Source: a virus
DNA length: 64,000 nt
Reading direction: 5' to 3' (one strand)
IMG/VR virus record: IMGVR_UViG_3300042554_001073
Below are positions 34,701 through 44,040 of this stretch, piece by piece (position 1 is the first letter of the stretch; each line of letters begins with the position of its first letter). The notes beneath the pieces are model-generated. The model was not told the origin of the DNA and did no database searches. It worked only from the letters and a program-made list of their open reading frames with translations. The translations under genes were made by a program, and so were the position numbers.

Positions 34701-35367
34701 GTCGTAATAATGCGTTGTATGGATAATCACTATTATTGTTTGGCACTGATATGGTGTTATCACCATCTATCAAGTCAACTTCATTTAACTGCCATTGATA
34801 CTCAACATCTCCCTGAGAAGGATCCCCTGTTGTTGCTTCAATAGAAAAACTAGCCAATGAACCTTGAGCAACTGTAGCGATGCCAGGACTTGGATGAGAA
34901 TTGATAATAATATCGGGAGATACACTTAATATCGCCGCATCAGAATCAATAGGATCATTAATAGCATTACCTGTTGATCTAGCAGTTCCAGCATTTACAT
35001 CAGAACCATCTGGTTGTGAGTACGCAGATGGAATATAATCAGCTCTTAAGAATACTCTAGACCCATTAAGTAAAATGGCACTAGAAATTCCAGATAGAGT
35101 TAAAGTTGTGGTAGCAGCACCGGTAATTGTTGTTCCATTTAAATCACCATCAATTAATACCTCATCATTTAAATACCAGTTATAAGAAATATAACCAGTA
35201 TTGGTAGCAGGATTTGCTGGATCTTGAGTCGGAAAAGTAGCAGTTGCTAAACCTACAAAGGTAGCGATGCCACTAGTACAGGATGATGCTGAATCTGGGT
35301 GCTGAACGAAAGATAGAACTGGACCGTTAAGATCCAGTGTTGTCTGCTTATTAATGAAACTAGGCAT
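31714..35367 (-). CDS. multi-domain fibre/adhesin: Ig-like, 2x LamG (ConA-like lectin), Gly-rich and C-terminal domains
   Basis: SYNWY/EYQWQ Ig strands; two FNFGTGDFT(V/L)ExW...W(H/Y)H(V/L)AV units; GGEGG...GGGGGGSGY. Confidence 0.8.
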   Translation of the reverse strand: MPSFINKQTTLDLNGPVLSFVQHPDSASSCTSGIATFVGLATATFPTQDPANPATNTGYISYNWYLNDEVLIDGDLNGTTITGAATTTLTLSGISSAILLNGSRVFLRADYIPSAYSQPDGSDVNAGTARSTGNAINDPIDSDAAILSVSPDIIINSHPSPGIATVAQGSLASFSIEATTGDPSQGDVEYQWQLNEVDLIDGDNTISVPNNNSDYPYNALLRLPLWDKNTGSLVLEDLTNVANTVTNTSVTWTSGAGGKFYNGYANFTSDSFIDLRPLSDFNFGTGDFTVESWVYFTNTGFNDIFSTGTYGQNQLSIRKNGTSQLSGSPGSEQLEVYYNTTIIASGGQFNLNTWHHVAVTRTTPETSSKQDSILRLFIDGVQVASTVFNSNIRATDVKIGRTPGNIYNMVGRIQDFQIYANSVYTSNFIPSTVGIVDRRLVLSLPLWDNGTGQLSLTDLSANQKAITPGTTLGTSPSWRTGTGKFYGGAAYFDGNSYVNLPISEDFNFGTGDFTLELWTNFQKGLRTESGQFGSVGGYEVLINAGGGVYFQENNRGGGTWFAYSRSTPTSDSSAITFYLADHSTYRTIGQSTIEVGKWYHLAVSRDSTSVKFFINGNLILSQPVSNWSTQKFGGLNVGYIGVEHWGGRHDRGYYYPFAYLQDINIYKGVAKYTSNFTPTATSIVSGQSQSVDVSTFVRGSRTSNLEISLSSVSKGLVRSKITHPTACNSPVYTNTSQLDVVAPTSRAVIEVEAYDSNSTTATLREFDLTNLDYTITSDDFDSDTICFYAKDRDVTVEFEMFGAKGSDLKVYFGGEGGYSKIRFTMKKGDEYIVKGIKTKTALYLYRKAQLIACVAQGGSAGTNGNGGRGGGIGVSGENGFGKNSGNGGVAIPLGTMSGNGIFGSSSGATLIYSEDSKATGTTGGRTISCTKGVYWRDQGRTACSDLGTVKFRLSDGREVSNSVAISRGFKDGYSINQTSGNSQFTGGVGGNGVTGGDGGINGGGGGGGSGYTDGSVTVVDATLGGHNAQETKLIMRLFETVGDFYIDSSGRILIFSAATIGKDPRTFTKTTGRVLPGTDSCIDDARWQNFLDLAETQDYRITATRDGGRTGITEARPFNIRRMKRANSIPLKRSLTDWENTNYAYLLLALAWDETSIGGARGYGGDYSIFSIAPGTYYYGFYGGSSNSFFNEAAGSVYGYTTANFWILPPGVPDFPR

Positions 35368-35378
35368 CTTTTATTACC

Positions 35379-38300
35379 TCAATCTACGAAGTTTTGACCG
35401 ACAACGATACCGTATATTCCTGTTCCTGGAGAGTAACTTGTGAGGGTGCTTCCGTTAAAGATTCTGAATGAATAGACATCACTACGATTTGCTGTTGTAG
35501 TAACTCCAGGTCTTACACCACCGCCAGGCCAACGAACTGGAATTGTTGTCAAACCAACGGTTCTAAAGTCATCAAGGTCAACGGTAAATCCGCCAGTAGA
35601 ACTTTGTAGAATCTTAATTGTAAACGATGAGGCATCAGTTGGTGGATTTAGTAATCTGAAGTAATCAACATTTTCATAAAGAGTAAGTTCAAAGGTTTGT
35701 GCCTCTGCCAGGTCAACAGTTACAACGTTTGTAGTGACTGTAAGAACTCCAACTGCTTCAGAATAAGTCTTAAGTCTAGTTAATCCATCAACATCTAACT
35801 TAGCTCTTGGAATAGTGGTTCCAATTCCAACATTAACGCCTGAAGTCATTAATACTGTAGATCCAGATCCAACAGCAATGTTAGTAGCAGTTACAATTCC
35901 TGCGTTAATTTGACCAGAAGAACTATTCAGTCTAAATCCAGTTGCCGTTATGATTCCCGAAACATAAACATTATTTGCTGTTATAAATCCAACAAATTTA
36001 GCAACATTGTGGACATACATATCAGTATTTCCAGTTCCAGGAGATCCAATCTCTAGATTATATGAAGGAACTGATGTACCAATACCAATTCTTGCGAATC
36101 CAGTGTTGTAATATCCACCTGTTGTTTGAGCCCATCCAGTAGCAGCAGCGTTTATTGCGGTTAGACCAGAACCATCACCAACAAATGTGCCTGCGAAACA
36201 AGTTCCAGCAATGTTTACACTACCTTCAACATTTAACTCAAAAGTATTTGCTGTAGTTCCGATACCAACACCAGTGTTATCAATACAGAAAGTTCCATCA
36301 TTTCTATTGGTGCTTAGTCCACTAATCTTTAACTTACAATCTAGTGGTGAGGTTGTACCAATTCCGACCTGATCAAAAATAGCAATGTTTGATAACTGCG
36401 AAGCACCAACTACACCGAAACGATACCAATCATTTTCTGTTGTATAAATCCAACCAACATAACCATTCTTTGATGGATTTTGATTATAAACAATATCGCC
36501 AGGGTTTCCTGCTACAGAAGGTGTAGCAATTCCAACAGTATATTTTCTGGAAACGGTGGCATCACCTTGAAGGTATAGAGAATTTGCTTCAAGTCCTTTT
36601 GTGGAAGTTGCTGTTACTTTGTTAGTAAAGATAACAGGACCATTGAATCTTGATGATGCGTTACCATCAGATCCACCATCAACTTGAATTGAACGAGCAA
36701 AGCTTCCTTCAAGTGGATTAACAATATTAATATTTGGAAGAACACCAATATCTTCTCCAGTCACTGTCTGAATAGGAGTATCAAAGATTTCCTCTTGACC
36801 AGTAACTGTGCTTAACTTTTTATTACCAGAGTATGAAATACCCTTATCGTTCATACCAGTATAAAAGTTGATTCCACCTTCTTTTCTGGTTGATTGGGCA
36901 AGAAGTTCTTCAGCACCAGATAGTTGTCTATCTTGTCTATCTGGAAGTGCTGTTGAATAGTTACCTGGTCCAAATCCAACATACTCAAATGTATGACCAG
37001 AAGCACGGGAAATAGAGTGTCTTCTTAACTCAACTGGATTTGGTTTGATCTTTCTTACAACAACACCATTTGCATGATTGATTGCTTTTGTTCCAAGAAC
37101 ACCACGGAAAACAGTAATAGAAGTTCCTGCTGTTATGTTATTCGGAATTGTAGTCTTAACTCTTACAATTTCATCGTCAATTGCCAGATAATCACCAATC
37201 TTAATATCAAGATTTTCTATACCTTGAATTGTAATTGTTTCTGTAGCAGCATCTGGTATTAGAGCAAATAATGTTGTCGTAATTCCAGCATAAGTTGGAA
37301 CCATTCTTCCGTTCAAGTTTTCATTATCAATGGTGATAACACCTTCATTTGAAGCAAATCCTTCACGATATCCATAAAGAGTTCCAGTTGCTGTTGGAGC
37401 AGAAGTTGCTGTTCCAATTCTAACTGTAAATGTGGTGAGTCCAACATTTTCAGTAACAACAAAGTCTCCATTGTACAGGGATTGATTTGCCCCACCAATT
37501 CTAATTCTGTTGTCTACTTTCAAACCGTGACGATTTTGTGTAGTTACAGTAGCAATGCCAGTGGTGTTATTATAATTTAAGGAAGTGATTCTTAATGTTT
37601 CGCCAGTCAGATAAACAAAAGACTCCGTAGTAACTGTTTGTCCAATTCCAGCAGTAGAACTCCAAGTAGAAATTCCAGATGATGATTCAGCAGTAAAACT
37701 CTTCGCTGCTCCAACAGGAATATCTGTTATTCTATAAAGATTATTAAAGGAGGAATAAACTTCAGAAGTTACCCCAGATACTCTTACACTATCACCTACG
37801 TTATTGTAGATTTGAGTAACTTGTACAACTGCTTGTGAATAACCAGATGTAGTAGCTACACCAACAACTGCTAAGGTATTGCCAATGCCATAAGCACTAC
37901 CACCATCCATAATGATGACATTGGTAATGTTACCAGAAGCATTAACTGAAAGTTTTGCTGTCGCGTGTTGACCAGTAACAGAACTTCCAATACTTACTAG
38001 TTGAGCATTGTATAAGTCTCCAGCAGTACCACCACCATAACCAGCACCACTATTTGCGATAGAGACTTTTGTAATACGATTTAATCCGTGGTCAATAGTC
38101 GTATAAACTTGATGAATTGTGGAACTAGTGGAAACAATGTTAGTTACACCAATACCAATATTAGAATCTAAGATGTTTTTATAAATTGTCTCTTTAGTAA
38201 TACTCTTGCGAACGTCATCTACAAGAACTTCGCCAATCAGAGATGATTGAGCAAAAGATTTTGATTCATCTGGATCTGAAACTGGATTATCTCTATCCAA

Positions 38301-41255
38301 CTGAGGATAAAGTTCTTTTACTGGTTGAGAGAATTTCTCTTCACCAAAATAATTAACACTTGGAGCATTGGAAGAGTTTACCAGAGTTAGATAGTAAACA
38401 CCATCTTGCTCACCAGAAACATATCTTTGTGCTTCTTCTTGTCTGTAGATGTAATAAACATTCTCATATCTCTTCCTCTTGAAATATGGGAGAGATGTTG
38501 TTCTCGTACTAGTGCTATTAGTAAATGTTCCAGGATTAGTGGAAAGACCTACACTAAACTCTTTGGCACTACTGATACCAGAAACAGAAAATGTTCCATT
38601 AAATCCAGTATTAATAGTTGCTGAAGTATTATTTGTACTAGCAACATTTAGAATTTCTACAGTAGATCCAACGGTAAGATCGTGAGGAAGTTCTGTACTA
38701 ATTTTTGCGTTGCTTCCATCCCAGGAAGCATTAGAAATAAATCTAAAGTTTCTCTGTTGAGTTACACTTGCTAAAGATCCGCTTCCAAAGTATGTTTGAA
38801 TTTCTCCTGCTGTAGATCCAATTGAAGTGTTAGATTCTTGAATAATAAATCCATCACTAGGTGGTCTAGCAACAGTTGTTGTTGTCTCCTTTGGAATTAC
38901 ATATCTTACTCTATAAATTCTATCAGTAGAATTTCTAGTGTCCTGTTTACGCTTAATATATGTTCTTGGAGTAGCTTCACCTAGAGCAGTTGATCCAATA
39001 GAAGTAATCGCATTGTAGATATTATTTTCAGTGCTAGCAGAAGATACGTTGACGTACCATTGCCCATTACCAAATTGAATTGGATGACCAATATCTCCAG
39101 AATTTTTATCAGAAACTCTACTTACAACTTTTAAGTTACCACCTTTAGTATTAAATTCAATGTTCTTAGCATTGATAGAAGAGTGAGTGAGAGCATCATT
39201 TAGAGTTTTGGCAACCTTAATTTGAGTTGTTCCAATTCCAACATCTCCAGCACTTGTAATAGCATAATAAATTTGATTGTTGAGAAGTCCATCAGGAATC
39301 TTACCAGTATCACTAAAGAATCTAATAGACTCTCCATTCGAGAATGTATGTCCACTTGGACTGAAGGTTAAAATATTATTTCCAGTATTGAATAAAACAT
39401 TGAAAGATTTTTCAGAGCTGGAATTGGATCCAGGCATTACAATTCTTGAAGAATATTCAGTTACACTTCCACCAGAAGAAACTAAAACATACAGTTGATC
39501 ATTGACTCTAGCACCAAATCTATAACCCTCAATTAAAGATTCTGGTGGAACATCTGGATTGGTTTGATTATAGAGGTAAAGATGACCAGTTGATCCATAT
39601 CCAATAGTCTGAGATACATCAATGGCATTAAATTCAATAGCAGTTTCTTCAATAGGAACTACTTTTGGTGGGATGATGTGAGTGATGTATCCCAAATCAT
39701 CTTGTGGGAAAGCATTTTTTCTAAATCCAGATGCTACTAGTGATCTTGCTCCAAAGTTAGAGTTGGAGTTGGTGATTGACATATCACCACCATTTTCAGT
39801 CACAAAATGTTCAGCATAACCAATCGCAAAAATTGATACGTTTTGAATAAACGCATCGTTTGCTGCTTTAATATGGAAGTTTCTCCACTCAGGTTTAAAT
39901 ATTGCTCGTGAATTATTACTTAAAGTTTCGTTACCAGGAACCGAACTATCTTCATATACACCAGTCGATTCATTGAACAGAACAAATGCTCTGTCATCTT
40001 TCTGAAGACCGATACCAGTGAACTGAGCAACAACTACGGACTTAAATCCAGATGCTTTGTCGCCATCAGCGAGCAAACCACACATTCCATAAACAGAACG
40101 TAAAGAAACGTTGAAAATGTATGGAGATGCTGAAGTTACAGTATCGGATTGTAGAGAAAGTCTTGCCCCATCAGTTGCTGGTAATGGAGATGCTGGAGCA
40201 GATTGAACCTGATACTTAATTTCAGTATCAGAAACCTTTTCATTTACAACAAACTGACCATTATAGATTGCTGGATCAGCAGTGATGCCCTCTACACGGA
40301 ATGGAGTATCAACATCCAATCCAGGAACTTCTGAATTTAAGGTAACCGTAATGATCGTACTGGAGGTTACTCCATCACCAGCCTTGATACTCGAAATTCC
40401 TACAGTTTGACCAGTAGATCCAACAATTCTATATTCATCAATCTTTGGTTGAATATCAAGACCCGATGAAGGATAGTCTGGCTCAATTGGACGACCAGAA
40501 GATTGTCCATAGGCAAGACCAACTTTCTCATAATACATATCCAAGTCAGTTCTTGTAGTTGAATATGTTTGGAAATCATCTTGAATTCTAACTGGATTTA
40601 CACCATCAGCATATTCAAAGCAAGTAAGTTTATGGTGTGAAAAATTAGGAACAAATAGGTTTGAAGTATAATCAATGTAGCACTGACCATTTGGGTCAGC
40701 ATCAAACATTGAGAACTGCCAAAAATAGCATCCACCAGTAATTTTGAATATTGCTGTTCTCTCAATATTCGCATTTATTGGATTTGGAACATATTTTGGA
40801 ATTATCTTAGTCTTACGCAAATCTAGTCCAATAATAGAAGTTCCTCTTGGAACAATTACACCACCACTAATACTGTTTAATTTATAAAGTTCATTTCCAG
40901 GTGTTGTTAAATCAAAATTAGAACTTAAATCAAAAGGAGGAAAATTATTTGAGGTAGTACCATCTCTCAATCTAAAATTGCCAGACCCATCAGGAATCCA
41001 TCCAGGTCTATTATCTACAATGTGGTCACCTGGATAAACGAGGATAGTTGTCTTACCAAATCTATCATTATTCAAACCTCTTTGATATGAGAATCTCGCA
41101 GACTCAATCAAAGCACGTTGAATTGTTTTAAATGGGCGTGTTAAAGAATTACCTTGATTCTCAATACTGTCTGTAGCGTCTAAGTCATTAGGATTAACGT
41201 AGAGAATCGTTCCTCTTGCTGACTTCAGAAAATTATCTAATCTGGAGAGACCCAT
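35379..41255 (-). CDS. long tail fibre / large virion structural protein (1958 aa)
   Basis: MGLSRLDNFLKS...ILYVNPNDLDATD N-terminus typical of cyanomyovirus fibres; beta-helix-like and GIGT repeats. Confidence 0.85.
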   Translation of the reverse strand: MGLSRLDNFLKSARGTILYVNPNDLDATDSIENQGNSLTRPFKTIQRALIESARFSYQRGLNNDRFGKTTILVYPGDHIVDNRPGWIPDGSGNFRLRDGTTSNNFPPFDLSSNFDLTTPGNELYKLNSISGGVIVPRGTSIIGLDLRKTKIIPKYVPNPINANIERTAIFKITGGCYFWQFSMFDADPNGQCYIDYTSNLFVPNFSHHKLTCFEYADGVNPVRIQDDFQTYSTTRTDLDMYYEKVGLAYGQSSGRPIEPDYPSSGLDIQPKIDEYRIVGSTGQTVGISSIKAGDGVTSSTIITVTLNSEVPGLDVDTPFRVEGITADPAIYNGQFVVNEKVSDTEIKYQVQSAPASPLPATDGARLSLQSDTVTSASPYIFNVSLRSVYGMCGLLADGDKASGFKSVVVAQFTGIGLQKDDRAFVLFNESTGVYEDSSVPGNETLSNNSRAIFKPEWRNFHIKAANDAFIQNVSIFAIGYAEHFVTENGGDMSITNSNSNFGARSLVASGFRKNAFPQDDLGYITHIIPPKVVPIEETAIEFNAIDVSQTIGYGSTGHLYLYNQTNPDVPPESLIEGYRFGARVNDQLYVLVSSGGSVTEYSSRIVMPGSNSSSEKSFNVLFNTGNNILTFSPSGHTFSNGESIRFFSDTGKIPDGLLNNQIYYAITSAGDVGIGTTQIKVAKTLNDALTHSSINAKNIEFNTKGGNLKVVSRVSDKNSGDIGHPIQFGNGQWYVNVSSASTENNIYNAITSIGSTALGEATPRTYIKRKQDTRNSTDRIYRVRYVIPKETTTTVARPPSDGFIIQESNTSIGSTAGEIQTYFGSGSLASVTQQRNFRFISNASWDGSNAKISTELPHDLTVGSTVEILNVASTNNTSATINTGFNGTFSVSGISSAKEFSVGLSTNPGTFTNSTSTRTTSLPYFKRKRYENVYYIYRQEEAQRYVSGEQDGVYYLTLVNSSNAPSVNYFGEEKFSQPVKELYPQLDRDNPVSDPDESKSFAQSSLIGEVLVDDVRKSITKETIYKNILDSNIGIGVTNIVSTSSTIHQVYTTIDHGLNRITKVSIANSGAGYGGGTAGDLYNAQLVSIGSSVTGQHATAKLSVNASGNITNVIIMDGGSAYGIGNTLAVVGVATTSGYSQAVVQVTQIYNNVGDSVRVSGVTSEVYSSFNNLYRITDIPVGAAKSFTAESSSGISTWSSTAGIGQTVTTESFVYLTGETLRITSLNYNNTTGIATVTTQNRHGLKVDNRIRIGGANQSLYNGDFVVTENVGLTTFTVRIGTATSAPTATGTLYGYREGFASNEGVITIDNENLNGRMVPTYAGITTTLFALIPDAATETITIQGIENLDIKIGDYLAIDDEIVRVKTTIPNNITAGTSITVFRGVLGTKAINHANGVVVRKIKPNPVELRRHSISRASGHTFEYVGFGPGNYSTALPDRQDRQLSGAEELLAQSTRKEGGINFYTGMNDKGISYSGNKKLSTVTGQEEIFDTPIQTVTGEDIGVLPNINIVNPLEGSFARSIQVDGGSDGNASSRFNGPVIFTNKVTATSTKGLEANSLYLQGDATVSRKYTVGIATPSVAGNPGDIVYNQNPSKNGYVGWIYTTENDWYRFGVVGASQLSNIAIFDQVGIGTTSPLDCKLKISGLSTNRNDGTFCIDNTGVGIGTTANTFELNVEGSVNIAGTCFAGTFVGDGSGLTAINAAATGWAQTTGGYYNTGFARIGIGTSVPSYNLEIGSPGTGNTDMYVHNVAKFVGFITANNVYVSGIITATGFRLNSSSGQINAGIVTATNIAVGSGSTVLMTSGVNVGIGTTIPRAKLDVDGLTRLKTYSEAVGVLTVTTNVVTVDLAEAQTFELTLYENVDYFRLLNPPTDASSFTIKILQSSTGGFTVDLDDFRTVGLTTIPVRWPGGGVRPGVTTTANRSDVYSFRIFNGSTLTSYSPGTGIYGIVVGQNFVD

Positions 41256-41303
41256 CTTATTAATGCTTATAGTTTCCGTTATGGATTATTTATCATACAA
41301 CAA

Positions 41304-41323
41304 AACCTTCCCGAAAGAAGGTT
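41304..41323 (-). terminator. putative terminator of the early island (UUCG tetraloop)
   Basis: AACCTTCT-TTCG-GGAAGGTT-TTGTT; late promoter at 41287..41292 follows. Confidence 0.65.
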
Positions 41324-41371
41324 CTGAAGTCACACGGAAGGGGTTTGGTTTTTTGTATCGCCTTTAATATT

Positions 41372-41992
41372 TTACCACTTTTCCTCTTCCCATGTCAAGC
41401 GTTTTTTAAGTTCTTTATCAAATATCATTAAGTATCTATGTTTGCGACTACGCTCTCTCCATTCACCTTCCAATCCTTTGATGGGACCTCTCGAATGTTT
41501 TATATATGAACCATCTGGTTGCTTAATCCAGAAGTCAGATTTTTTATCAGTTAAGCCGTAGTAACCAAAATTAGAAGCTCTGTATATAGTTCCAGAGTGG
41601 TGATTAGCATCAGCGTAGCTAAGAATACAACGAACGCGGGCATCTTTTCTAAATCTCCTTATACAACGACTGACGAACCAAGATGTGATATTATACTCTT
41701 CTTTTTGTAAATCTGGATGAATACACAAACGCGAAAGTTCATATATTCCTTCTTGCTGATTTCTTTCTAAACCAAAAGCACCAACTGCTATTTCTGGGAC
41801 GGGGAGACCAGTAAAGATACAAGTACCCAAGCAACCACCAACGCGCAAAATATCAGAAACTGAGGATCTGAAAAGCCCATAATTGAAACCAGATTTAAAG
41901 TCTTTTGATTCGTCTTTAAGATAATGGTAGGTATAAAGAAGTTCTTTTATTTCTTCTTTACCTACTCTATCTATGTAAAAATCTGATTTCAT
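41372..41992 (-). CDS. Mom-like GNAT DNA-modification enzyme
   Basis: YHYL...YELSRLC...SWFVSRC...ILSYAD...HSGTIYRASNFGYYG matches the Mu Mom family motif order. Confidence 0.7.
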   Translation of the reverse strand: MKSDFYIDRVGKEEIKELLYTYHYLKDESKDFKSGFNYGLFRSSVSDILRVGGCLGTCIFTGLPVPEIAVGAFGLERNQQEGIYELSRLCIHPDLQKEEYNITSWFVSRCIRRFRKDARVRCILSYADANHHSGTIYRASNFGYYGLTDKKSDFWIKQPDGSYIKHSRGPIKGLEGEWRERSRKHRYLMIFDKELKKRLTWEEEKW

Positions 41993-42002
41993 CTAAGTAT
42001 TT

Positions 42003-42176
42003 TTACTCACTTTGTGAGCATTCTAACATATATTCTACTGTGTTTGCTACATCATTCATCGCATCACGAAGAAATGGTTGTTGACCAGATTCTTGGCGAC
42101 TAATAGGACGACTATTATCAGTCAAAGTCCAACGCCACTGATTCATAGAATCACAATACCAGAGATTAATTTTCAT
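42003..42176 (-). CDS. hypothetical protein (likely start MKINLWYC)
   Basis: Sub-ORF of the track ORF 42003..42287; overlaps its upstream neighbour by 11 nt. Confidence 0.65.
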   Translation of the reverse strand: MKINLWYCDSMNQWRWTLTDNSRPISRQESGQQPFLRDAMNDVANTVEYMLECSQSE

Positions 42177-42324
42177 GCTTGAAATGTTCCAATTCGACCC
42201 AGTTAAGAAGGGTTTGAAATGCTGTGATGGAAGCATCTGTGCAATTATCGTCCTTAAGTTTTTGAACATAATATTCAAGTGCTTCAATTGCCATTTGGCG
42301 GTCTTGTTGTGAAATAAGTGACAT
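42166..42324 (-). CDS. hypothetical protein (likely start MSLISQQDRQMAIEALE)
   Basis: The longer track start at 42354 lies inside the tRNA. Confidence 0.65.
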   Translation of the reverse strand: MSLISQQDRQMAIEALEYYVQKLKDDNCTDASITAFQTLLNWVELEHFKHEN

Positions 42325-42344
42325 TGGAGTTATAAAGAACTCAG

Positions 42345-42418
42345 AGCCCCCCATCGGACTCGAACCGATGACCGCCGCTTTACAAAAGCGGTGCTCTATC
42401 CAACTGAGCTAGAGAGGC
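42345..42418 (-). tRNA. trnT: tRNA-Thr(UGU)
   Basis: GCCTCTC acceptor stem, D-arm AGCTCAGTTGGATAGAGC, anticodon loop TT-TGT-AA, GGTTCGAGTCC T-arm; CCA not encoded. Confidence 0.95.
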
Positions 42419-42420
42419 AT

Positions 42421-42690
42421 TTAATCAACAGGCAACATTTCTGGATTTTCTAAATCCAACTCATAAAGCAAAGGATGACATTCTTCTAACATAAGATAGT
42501 AAGAAGATTGATACAGGTCCTCGGGTTCAAAGCGTCTTTCGTTGTCTGCTAGTTTAATCAGATCCAAGTCAAATAAAGATTCGTCAGGGAGTTCATCAAA
42601 GGTAAAAGGAATAGAATTTATAAAGTACATCAAAACAATTTGTCTTCCGCGATTGTACCAGACATATGCGGCATCAATTCTGTACTTCAT
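42421..42690 (-). CDS. hypothetical protein
   Basis: 89 aa acidic ORF between the two tRNAs. Confidence 0.7.
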   Translation of the reverse strand: MKYRIDAAYVWYNRGRQIVLMYFINSIPFTFDELPDESLFDLDLIKLADNERRFEPEDLYQSSYYLMLEECHPLLYELDLENPEMLPVD

Positions 42691-42734
42691 AGTAATATTC
42701 CTATTACTTTTGAATATTTAGAGGATAAACCTCA

Positions 42735-42819
42735 TAGGGACGGGGGGACTTGAACCCCCACGGGCGTTATGCCCAACAGATTTTAAGTCTGGTGTGTCTA
42801 CCACTTCCACCACATCCCC
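42735..42819 (-). tRNA. trnL: tRNA-Leu(UAA)
   Basis: GGGGATG/CGTCCCT acceptor stem, loop CT-TAA-AA, long variable arm, GGTTCAAGTCC; no intron, CCA not encoded. Confidence 0.95.
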
Positions 42820-42827
42820 AAAAAAAC

Positions 42828-43034
42828 TTACGCTTTGTAAGTGATAGGATTATACTTGAGGAACTCCCAGAATGTCAACTTCATTTCCTTTTGTGACATT
42901 CCGCAGTGTTTTGCTGCTTGGGGAAGATTCCATTTAGCACGAAACAAGTTCTCGTTTGCTTCCTTCACATTCTCTGGTGTGGTTTTTACTGGTTCTTGTT
43001 TCAGTGCTTTGTAGTTAATGCGATAAGGATTCAT
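42828..43034 (-). CDS. hypothetical protein, possible small HTH-like domain
   Basis: WNLPQAAKHCGMSQKEMK segment. Confidence 0.65.
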   Translation of the reverse strand: MNPYRINYKALKQEPVKTTPENVKEANENLFRAKWNLPQAAKHCGMSQKEMKLTFWEFLKYNPITYKA

Positions 43035-43092
43035 TTGAAAAAAGTATCATGTGAGAAAATTTGCCGGGATTTTTTCCGACCAAAAATGGATC

Positions 43093-43275
43093 TTAAAGTG
43101 GATTTGCGTATGAGAGTGTCTCAGCATCCACTGTAGCACGAACAAAGTCTAAAACGTTCATAAACTCTTCCACGGTCTCACAGGTCACTTGCTTTTTCGA
43201 CCCTTCACTGGAGTACAGATACACTGTACGCTTTACGGGGTCCACCACGCAGCGTGAGAGGTACTCGTCTTGCAT
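43093..43275 (-). CDS. hypothetical protein
   Basis: 60 aa, first gene after the sigma70 promoter. Confidence 0.7.
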   Translation of the reverse strand: MQDEYLSRCVVDPVKRTVYLYSSEGSKKQVTCETVEEFMNVLDFVRATVDAETLSYANPL

Positions 43276-43300
43276 TCGGTCATCCGTTGATTACCCATGT

Positions 43301-43329
43301 ATCATAGCACGGTCAGGTGCCCATGTCAA
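43301..43329 (-). promoter_or_regulatory. sigma70-type early promoter
   Basis: TTGACA-N17-TATGAT. Confidence 0.8.
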
Positions 43330-43335
43330 GGGTCT

Positions 43336-44040
43336 TCACAAATTGATATTGTATTCCTGGTTGTCGCCAGGATAATCATAGATTGACTGACCCTCATATT
43401 CAACAACCAATTTCTCACCATCATTTCTTTCTGCGTGAATTAAGAAATAACAATCAATCGCAGAAGCATTTCCCGATCTAATAACAACTCTTTTTCCCCA
43501 TTCAACAGCATCAACTATCAAATCTTGAGAGGATCCAATTTGAGTAAGAGTAACAGTTATAGTTTCTGGATCAATCAATCCTTCCCAATAACTAGGCAAA
43601 TTAATGATATTGTTAGCAGTCAGTCTACCTCTGTAGTAGACACCTGGTTCTGGACCTTCTAGACATACGTGGCGTAGTCTCCAACCATCTTTGTTTGGAT
43701 GAGGAATATCAAAATTCTTTTTACTGGATAATCTATGTCCAGCACCACGAACGTCGCCAGCAATATTAATTTCACCAGAACCAATAATACTTGAGTTTAC
43801 TTGGAGACTATCAATCTGCGCTGTCTGATGGTAATAAGGTCTACAAGCATCTGGCGGATAAGTTTTTTCATCCGCATTATTCTTAAAGATATATGAATAA
43901 AGTGTAGAAGGAACTCCCCAAGCTTGTCTATCAGTACAATCAGGTTCTCCGTTTTGTGGAATAAATTCTCCTGGAAATTCTGCGTCTGCTGGTTGTCCTG
44001 GTGTTGCCATTATTTTTTTCTCCTTTAGAAAGTTAACCAA
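43336..44040 (-). CDS. virion structural protein with chaperone-like C-terminal domain, paralog of 44729..45475
   Basis: LSSKKNFDIPHP...GWRLRHVCLEGPE.GVYYRG...LPSYWEGL. Confidence 0.75.
   Translation of the reverse strand: MVNFLKEKKIMATPGQPADAEFPGEFIPQNGEPDCTDRQAWGVPSTLYSYIFKNNADEKTYPPDACRPYYHQTAQIDSLQVNSSIIGSGEINIAGDVRGAGHRLSSKKNFDIPHPNKDGWRLRHVCLEGPEPGVYYRGRLTANNIINLPSYWEGLIDPETITVTLTQIGSSQDLIVDAVEWGKRVVIRSGNASAIDCYFLIHAERNDGEKLVVEYEGQSIYDYPGDNQEYNINL

Noticed and set aside
41301-41346. Alternative antiterminator pairing (AAACCCCTTCCG with CGGGAAGGTTT) at the early-island terminator
   Set aside because: It needs bulges and is not clearly more stable than the UUCG hairpin; not supportable without folding calculations.
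42324-42354. Track start of ORF 42166..42354
   Set aside because: It overlaps tRNA-Thr; the downstream ATG at 42324 is preferred.
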